NCBI GenBank assembly: GCA_963808235.1
Contig: CAWEEQ010000004.1
Coordinates: 416,001-480,000, forward strand
DNA from: an uncultured delta proteobacterium
GTDB taxonomy: Bacteria; Desulfobacterota; Binatia; Binatales; Binataceae
Length of the DNA stretch: 64,000 bases
Direction of reading: 5' to 3'
In this document: in pieces, positions 58,179-64,000 of the stretch
Numbering within the stretch: the stretch's first letter is position 1
How the letters are laid out: each line of letters begins with the position of its first letter
The notes under the pieces: model-generated
Databases searched by the model: none
Told to the model about the DNA's origin: nothing
The model's input: the letters and a program-made list of their open reading frames with translations, nothing else
Program-made: the position numbers and the translations under genes

Positions 58179-58380
58179 CGTCAGTCGCGAATCTCCATCA
58201 GTTTCTTCAGAAATTTCTGGAAATCGGCCATCTGGCTGAGATTGCATTCTGCACTCAGGGCGCTTTCAGTCCTCCTTTCAAACCGGTTTAATTGTTTGGC
58301 GATTGCAGGGGCGTGCTGGCGGTTGTAGGTACGCTCTGAACCGTACCTGAAGCGTATGCGCGAACGGGCGAGGAGCTGCG

Positions 58381-59658
58381 ATGCGAGCATTGAAGATCGG
58401 TGGCGCGATTACGCTGGCGCTCGCGATTGCGGCGTTTGATGCGTCGTTCGTTCGCGCCGGCGATGCGCCCCTGACCGTCTCGCAGCTCGTCGAGATTGCG
58501 GTGGAGGCCAACCCGCAGGTCAAGTCGGCGCGCTACCGGTGGGACTCCGCGGTTCATTCGATCAAGCAGACGGTCGCGCCGAACGATCCCATCTTCACTT
58601 ACACGAACAGCGACAGTCCGAAGACTCCAGTCGGGCGCGCGTCGCTCAGGGAGTTCAACTTCAGCGAATCGTTTCAATTCCCCGGCAAGGCGCTGCATCA
58701 GCGGGACCAGGCGGTGCGCAGCGCAGATATCGCGCGACTCGCGCTGGCCGCGACGGTACGCGATGTGCGCGCCGCGACTGAGATCGGATACTTTCAGCTC
58801 GTGCTCGATAGCTCTCTGGGAGCCGTCAACGATGAAAACGTCCAAAATCTCGATCAGATCGTAAGAGTGGCCGAGACGGCGTACTCGACGTCGAAGGTCG
58901 CGCAGACCGACGTGATCAGCGCCGAGTTCGATCTGGCCGCAGCACGCCAGCTTCAGCGTCAGTACCTGACCGCAGTGGCCAACGACGAGACCTCGCTGAA
59001 TCTGCTGCTCTATCGTCCGGTCGGCGCTCCATTGTCGGTGGATCGAACTCTTAAAGTAGAAGCCCTGACGGCGCGGCTCGACGCGCTTATCGATAGAGCA
59101 TATGCGATGCGGCAGGAAATTCTCGAAGCAGCACTGGCGGAGCGCAATATGGATACCGCGCTCTATCTCGCGAAGATGGAGTACCTGCCAGACTTCACCG
59201 CGGCCGTCCAGTATGACGACTACCTGGTTCCGAGCTTCGCCCCGAGACCGAGCCAGCCGCGGGACTGGGTCGGCATTATCGGTTTCAACATGCCGATCTT
59301 TTTTTGGCTCAAGCAGGATGAAGACGTGGTGCGCGCGAAGGCGAACCTTCAGGCGGCGCGCTCGGATCTTGCGCTGATAAAGATCCAGACTGCGGCGGCG
59401 GTCGCGACGCTGTTCCGCAGCGCGCAGTTCGCGTACGAAACCGCGATTCTCTATCGCGATTCGCTGATTCCGCTGGCGCAGCAGGATCTTCGCGTCGCGC
59501 TGACCGCCTATCAGTCCGGTAAAATCGATTTCGTGACGCTCTCGAGCGTTGTGCAACGCAATTTCGCGGCGCGCGTAAGTTACCTGCAGGCGGCCAACCA
59601 GTTTTTGGCCGGCGAAGTTTCGCTCGAGCAGGCGATTGGAGCGCCGCTGCATCAATGA
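58381..59658 (+). CDS. TolC/CzcC-family outer membrane efflux protein
   Basis: Signal peptide, ANPQV, helical OEP repeats, YQSGKIDF, LEQAIG. Confidence 0.88.
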   Translation: MRALKIGGAITLALAIAAFDASFVRAGDAPLTVSQLVEIAVEANPQVKSARYRWDSAVHSIKQTVAPNDPIFTYTNSDSPKTPVGRASLREFNFSESFQFPGKALHQRDQAVRSADIARLALAATVRDVRAATEIGYFQLVLDSSLGAVNDENVQNLDQIVRVAETAYSTSKVAQTDVISAEFDLAAARQLQRQYLTAVANDETSLNLLLYRPVGAPLSVDRTLKVEALTARLDALIDRAYAMRQEILEAALAERNMDTALYLAKMEYLPDFTAAVQYDDYLVPSFAPRPSQPRDWVGIIGFNMPIFFWLKQDEDVVRAKANLQAARSDLALIKIQTAAAVATLFRSAQFAYETAILYRDSLIPLAQQDLRVALTAYQSGKIDFVTLSSVVQRNFAARVSYLQAANQFLAGEVSLEQAIGAPLHQ

Positions 59659-60794
59659 CTCGAATCCGCGCAAATCTGATCGTGCTCGCCGCATGTGCAG
59701 TCGCAGGCCTGGCGGTTTTCGGGTCCGGATGCCGCAGTGATTCCGCGGGCCCGGCCGCAGCGGTACCCGAAGCGACGCCCGTGGTGCCTCGACTGGTTCG
59801 GCAGCAGGGCGCGGAGTTGCTCCAGTTCAACGCCGGCGATGTTCCGGGCCTTGTCATGGTGGACGTACAGAACGTCGATTTGCCGGGCGTTCTGGAAACC
59901 TCCGGCCAGATCACGTACGACGATCGCCGGGTCTCGACGATAGTCTCCCGCGTGCAGGGTCGAATCGAGCAGAATCGCGTCTCGCTCTGGGATAGCGTGC
60001 GCCGAGGCGAGAAGATCATCGCTCTCTACAGCCCCGATTTCATGACTGCAGAGGCCGAGTACCTCCAGGCGCACGACACCTCCAAGCTGATCGCGGCGCC
60101 TGGCGTCGGCGCTTCGTCGGATTTTGCAGGCTCTCTGATGCTGGCCGCGAAACGCAAGCTCCAGTTTCTGGGCATGAGCGATGCCGATATACAGTCGCTC
60201 ACCGCGCCCGATCCGGTCGTGTGGATGCGCGCGCCGATAAGCGGCGTCGTGGTCGAGAACAAGGTGCAACGCGGCGCGGCGGTGAATCCCGGCGACGCTC
60301 TGTTCACGCTCGGCACACTCGAAGACGTATGGATCACCGGCGATATCTACGAGGACGATCTCGCACGCGTGCGCGTCGGGCAGGAGATGTCCGCGGTAAC
60401 GACCGCCTTCCCCGACGAAGTGTTCAAGGGAGCGATCGCGCGCATCAGTCAGAATATCGATCCCACGACGCACACCGCCTCAATCCGCTGCGAGGTGAAG
60501 AATCCCGACGGCAAGCTCAAACCGCAAATGCTCGCGAAGGTGACCATCGTCACGCGGCCCGGCAACGCGCTGGTAGTTCCGCAGGACGCGCTGGTGTTCG
60601 ACATAGACAATTACTACGCGTTCGTCGAAGTCAGCCCCGGACTATTCGAGCATCGCAAGGTGGCGATCGCTTCGTGGAGTCGCGCCGGCTACGCGCGGAT
60701 CGTCGCCGGGTTGAAGGTCGGCGACCGCGTCGTCAGCGGCGAAACGCTGCAAGTAAACGCGCTATGGCACGAGGCTCACGGAGAGAGCTCGTAG
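59655..60794 (+). CDS. RND periplasmic adaptor subunit (CzcB/CusB-like, probable lipoprotein)
   Basis: FGSGC lipobox-like site, RAPISGVV, LKPQM, VPQDAL, GLKVGDRVV. Confidence 0.92.
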   Translation: MTRIRANLIVLAACAVAGLAVFGSGCRSDSAGPAAAVPEATPVVPRLVRQQGAELLQFNAGDVPGLVMVDVQNVDLPGVLETSGQITYDDRRVSTIVSRVQGRIEQNRVSLWDSVRRGEKIIALYSPDFMTAEAEYLQAHDTSKLIAAPGVGASSDFAGSLMLAAKRKLQFLGMSDADIQSLTAPDPVVWMRAPISGVVVENKVQRGAAVNPGDALFTLGTLEDVWITGDIYEDDLARVRVGQEMSAVTTAFPDEVFKGAIARISQNIDPTTHTASIRCEVKNPDGKLKPQMLAKVTIVTRPGNALVVPQDALVFDIDNYYAFVEVSPGLFEHRKVAIASWSRAGYARIVAGLKVGDRVVSGETLQVNALWHEAHGESS

Positions 60795-60853
60795 CTCGGG
60801 CCGAGGCATCGCCGGACATTTTCGATGATGCGGTCAAGAACGATAGGTAGGCC

Positions 60854-63800
60854 ATGATTCGTTCCTTGATGTCGCTGGCGCTTCGCGAGCGGGTAGTCGT
60901 TATCGGCATCGCGCTGATGCTTCTGCTCGCGGGTGTCTATTCTTTCTCGCAGTTGGATATCGAAGCGTACCCCGACCCGGTTCAGCCGTTGGTTGAAGTG
61001 CTTACATTGCCCAACGGTCTGAGCGCGGAAGAAGTCGAAAAGCTGGTCACCGTGCCGACCGAATATGGTCTGGCCGGGATGCGCAATCTCAAGGCGATGC
61101 GATCGATATCGCTCTACGGATTGTCGGATATCCGATGTTATTTCTCGTGGGAAAGCGACTACTACTGGGATCGGGTTGAGACTATCAATCGCCTGTCCTT
61201 CATTACGCTGCCGCAGGGTGTGACGCCGGGAATTTCGCCCGATAATCCGATCGGAGAAATCTACCGCTACACGGTCGAGGGTCCCGACCACGATCTGATT
61301 CACGAGAAAGAGATCGAGGACTGGATCCTTGAAAAACAACTGCGGACGGTGCCCGGAGTGGAAGACGTTTCGGGCTTCGGCGGGTTGACCAAACAGTTCC
61401 AGGTCGAAGTCGATCCGCACAAACTCAACTACTACCAGGTCCCGCTCTCGACGCTGATCTCGGCGCTGCAGAACTCGAACACCAACGCAGGCGGCAACTA
61501 TATGAGCGTCGGCGAGCAGGCGTTCGACGTGCGCGGGCTGGGGTTTTTCCAAAGCCTCGACGACATCCGCAACGTCGTCCTCAACGCAAACAAGTCCACC
61601 CCGATCAAGGTCTCGAACGTCGCCGATGTCGATGTCGGCTACGCGCCACGGCTCGGAATTGTGGGCAAGGACAATCAGAACGAAGTCGTCACCGGCATCG
61701 TGCTGATGCGCAAGTATGGCAACACGCTGGAGACGCTCAAGGGCGTCGAGGCGAAGGTCCAGGATCTGAACACCTCGGGCATACTGCCCAAGGGCTACAA
61801 GGTCGTGCCGTACTACGACCGCACCAAGCTGGTCGACACCACGCTCCGCACGGTAATCGAGAACCTGACGATCGGAATGGCACTGGTCTTCCTGGTGCTG
61901 ATTTTCTTCCTTGGTAACCTGCGCGCGGCGATCGTGGCGGCGGTGAACATTCCGCTGGCACTATGCGGTGCGTTCACGCTGATGCATTTCACCGACACCC
62001 CGGCCAATCTGATTTCGCTCGGCGCAATCGATTTCGGGATCATCATCGATACCACCGTTATCGTGATGGAAAATATCGAACGACACCTGACCGCGCCCGA
62101 ACGCTCGAGCGAGAGTTACCGCCTTCGAATTTTGGCCGCCGCGCAGGAAGTAGGCGGGCCGATGTTCTTCTCGACCCTGATTTTCGTGATCGCGTTCCTG
62201 CCGCTGTTCACGATGCGCGGCGTAGAGGGGGCCATCTTTTCGCCGATGTCGCATACCTATGCATTCGCGCTCGGCGCCGCGATTCTGCTCGCGGTGACGT
62301 TGTCGCCGGTCCTGTCTTCGTTTTTCTTCGCGCGCGGAATGCGAACCGTTCACAATCCGGTCTGGGCGGGAATCTCAGCCTTCTATCACGGGATGTTTGA
62401 GTGGGTGCTGGAATGGCCGCGGGCGACGTTGACCGCAATAGTCGTGCTGCTTGCCGGCGTGCTGTCGCTCTTCCCGTTGCTGGGCGGGCAGTTTCTGCCC
62501 AAGCTGGAAGAGGGAAACATCTGGGCGCACGCGACGATGCCGCTGACTATCTCGCTCGAACATGGCGCCAAGCTATGCAATCAGATGCGCGCCGTGTTCA
62601 AGAGTTTCCCCGAAGTTGTCACGGTCGTGTCGCAGCTAGGCCGTCCGGACGACGGCACCGAGACGACCGGGTTTTTCAACATCGAATTCTCAGTCGAACT
62701 GAAGCCCGACCGCGAATGGCCCGCGGGGCTCGACAAACCGAAACTGGTCAAGCAGATCGACGACAAACTCACGCAGAAGTTTCCGGGTGTGGCTTTCAGC
62801 TACTCGCAAAATATCGAAGACAACATCGACGAAGCGATCTCGGGGGTAAAGGCCGGCGAAAACGCGATCAAAGTTTTCGGTTCAGACCTCGCGACCGACG
62901 AGCGTATAGCCAACGACATCAAGGAATCGCTGGGCGGAGTGCGTGGAGTGGCCGATGCGGTCGTGTTGCGTTCTCTCGGACAGCCCAATCTGCAGATCAC
63001 GCCGGACCGCGCTGCGTGCGCGCGCTACGGGATAAACGTCGGCGACGTTGGCGCTGTCGTGCAGGCGGCGATCGGCGGTCAGGCGGTGACGCAGGTGCTG
63101 GAAGGGGACCGGCGCTTCGACCTGACGGTGCGATGGAAACCCGAATACCGGCAGAGCCTCGATGCGATCCGCCAAATCCGGGTCAATATCCCGGCCGGCG
63201 GACAAATTCCGCTCGACCAGGTCGCAAAGGTCGAGACCGCCGAAGGCGCGTCGTTCATCTATCGCGACTCGCTCCAGCGATTCGTGCCGATCCGATTTTC
63301 GATCCGCGGCCGCGATTTGCAGAGTACCGTCGAAGAAGCCAAGCGCGTCATTGCTACGAGCGTCCATCTACCCGACGGGGTGCATCTCGAATGGTCGGGC
63401 GAGTACGGTGAGCTTCAAGCCGCCAATCGCCGGTTCATGATCGTCGTGCCGTTCGCACTGTTGCTGATCGCCGGCGTCCTTTATGGCGCCACCCAATCGT
63501 TAATCGATACGTTCATCATCATGGCGCAGATTCCGGTCGCCTGCCTCGGCGGAATTCTTGCGCTGATCATCACTGGCACTCCATTCAGCGTGTCGGCTGG
63601 AGTCGGTTTCATTTCGATTTTCGGCATCGCCGTGATGGACGGAATACTGCTGAGCTTCTACATCCGCCAGCTCTGGGAGCAGGGGCATCCTTTCGTCGAG
63701 GCGATCATCAACGGCTCCGACCGCCGTCTCCGAGCCACGATGATGACCGATCTCGTCGATGCGTTCGGGCTCTTGCCGGCGGCTCTTTCGACGCGAATCG

Positions 63801-63973
63801 GCGCGCAGACCCAGCAGCCGCTGGCGATTGTTGTTATCGGCGGGGCGCTCGCGATCATGATTCTCACCCGAATCCTGCAGCCGGTGTTGATCTACCTGTG
63901 CCATCGCCGACTGCGAATCGACGATCAGAACCGCGCACGCATGACGCAGCCGGTCCAGCTCGATCCAGCCTGA
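60854..63973 (+). CDS. CusA/CzcA-family heavy-metal efflux RND transporter
   Basis: IEAYPD, TM4 GAIDFGIIID...MEN (CzcA-type), GAQTQQPLAIVVIGG. Confidence 0.95.
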   Translation: MIRSLMSLALRERVVVIGIALMLLLAGVYSFSQLDIEAYPDPVQPLVEVLTLPNGLSAEEVEKLVTVPTEYGLAGMRNLKAMRSISLYGLSDIRCYFSWESDYYWDRVETINRLSFITLPQGVTPGISPDNPIGEIYRYTVEGPDHDLIHEKEIEDWILEKQLRTVPGVEDVSGFGGLTKQFQVEVDPHKLNYYQVPLSTLISALQNSNTNAGGNYMSVGEQAFDVRGLGFFQSLDDIRNVVLNANKSTPIKVSNVADVDVGYAPRLGIVGKDNQNEVVTGIVLMRKYGNTLETLKGVEAKVQDLNTSGILPKGYKVVPYYDRTKLVDTTLRTVIENLTIGMALVFLVLIFFLGNLRAAIVAAVNIPLALCGAFTLMHFTDTPANLISLGAIDFGIIIDTTVIVMENIERHLTAPERSSESYRLRILAAAQEVGGPMFFSTLIFVIAFLPLFTMRGVEGAIFSPMSHTYAFALGAAILLAVTLSPVLSSFFFARGMRTVHNPVWAGISAFYHGMFEWVLEWPRATLTAIVVLLAGVLSLFPLLGGQFLPKLEEGNIWAHATMPLTISLEHGAKLCNQMRAVFKSFPEVVTVVSQLGRPDDGTETTGFFNIEFSVELKPDREWPAGLDKPKLVKQIDDKLTQKFPGVAFSYSQNIEDNIDEAISGVKAGENAIKVFGSDLATDERIANDIKESLGGVRGVADAVVLRSLGQPNLQITPDRAACARYGINVGDVGAVVQAAIGGQAVTQVLEGDRRFDLTVRWKPEYRQSLDAIRQIRVNIPAGGQIPLDQVAKVETAEGASFIYRDSLQRFVPIRFSIRGRDLQSTVEEAKRVIATSVHLPDGVHLEWSGEYGELQAANRRFMIVVPFALLLIAGVLYGATQSLIDTFIIMAQIPVACLGGILALIITGTPFSVSAGVGFISIFGIAVMDGILLSFYIRQLWEQGHPFVEAIINGSDRRLRATMMTDLVDAFGLLPAALSTRIGAQTQQPLAIVVIGGALAIMILTRILQPVLIYLCHRRLRIDDQNRARMTQPVQLDPA

Positions 63974-64000
63974 CGCCGACGGTCGGTGAAAGACTCGCCG

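Overview
High-GC bacterial chromosomal window. The gene repertoire resembles Candidatus Binatota / Deltaproteobacteria-like lineages, but this is an inference. About half the window (10.6-44.0 kb) is one contiguous transcription/translation superoperon: tRNA-Thr/Tyr/Gly/Thr, rpmG, tRNA-Trp, secE-nusG-rplKAJL-rpoBC, then the str, S10, spc and alpha operons. Several essential genes (rpoB x2, rplO, secY x2, map, probably rplJ) carry single-base indels that look like assembly errors. The left flank holds lptFG, rlmB, a cytochrome P450, and an AT-richer, Sec-exported, two-gene Rhs polymorphic toxin locus with an Ntox37-like tip and an unclassified candidate immunity gene. The right flank holds a 1029-aa VPA1262-like protein with an HDR-type PLD-like nuclease domain beside a decayed toxin-antitoxin pair (candidate defence hotspot). 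It continues with tldD-pmbA, a Crp/Fnr regulator, an ECF42 sigma/YciI/GST module whose target promoters are visible twice, clpB, and a cupredoxin + cytochrome c + TolC/MFP/CzcA-type RND cluster. Non-coding oddities include a tandem covarying hairpin motif between rpsM and rpsK and a direct-repeat-flanked REP mosaic between rpoA and rplQ. No CRISPR array, rRNA, integrase or transposase was seen.
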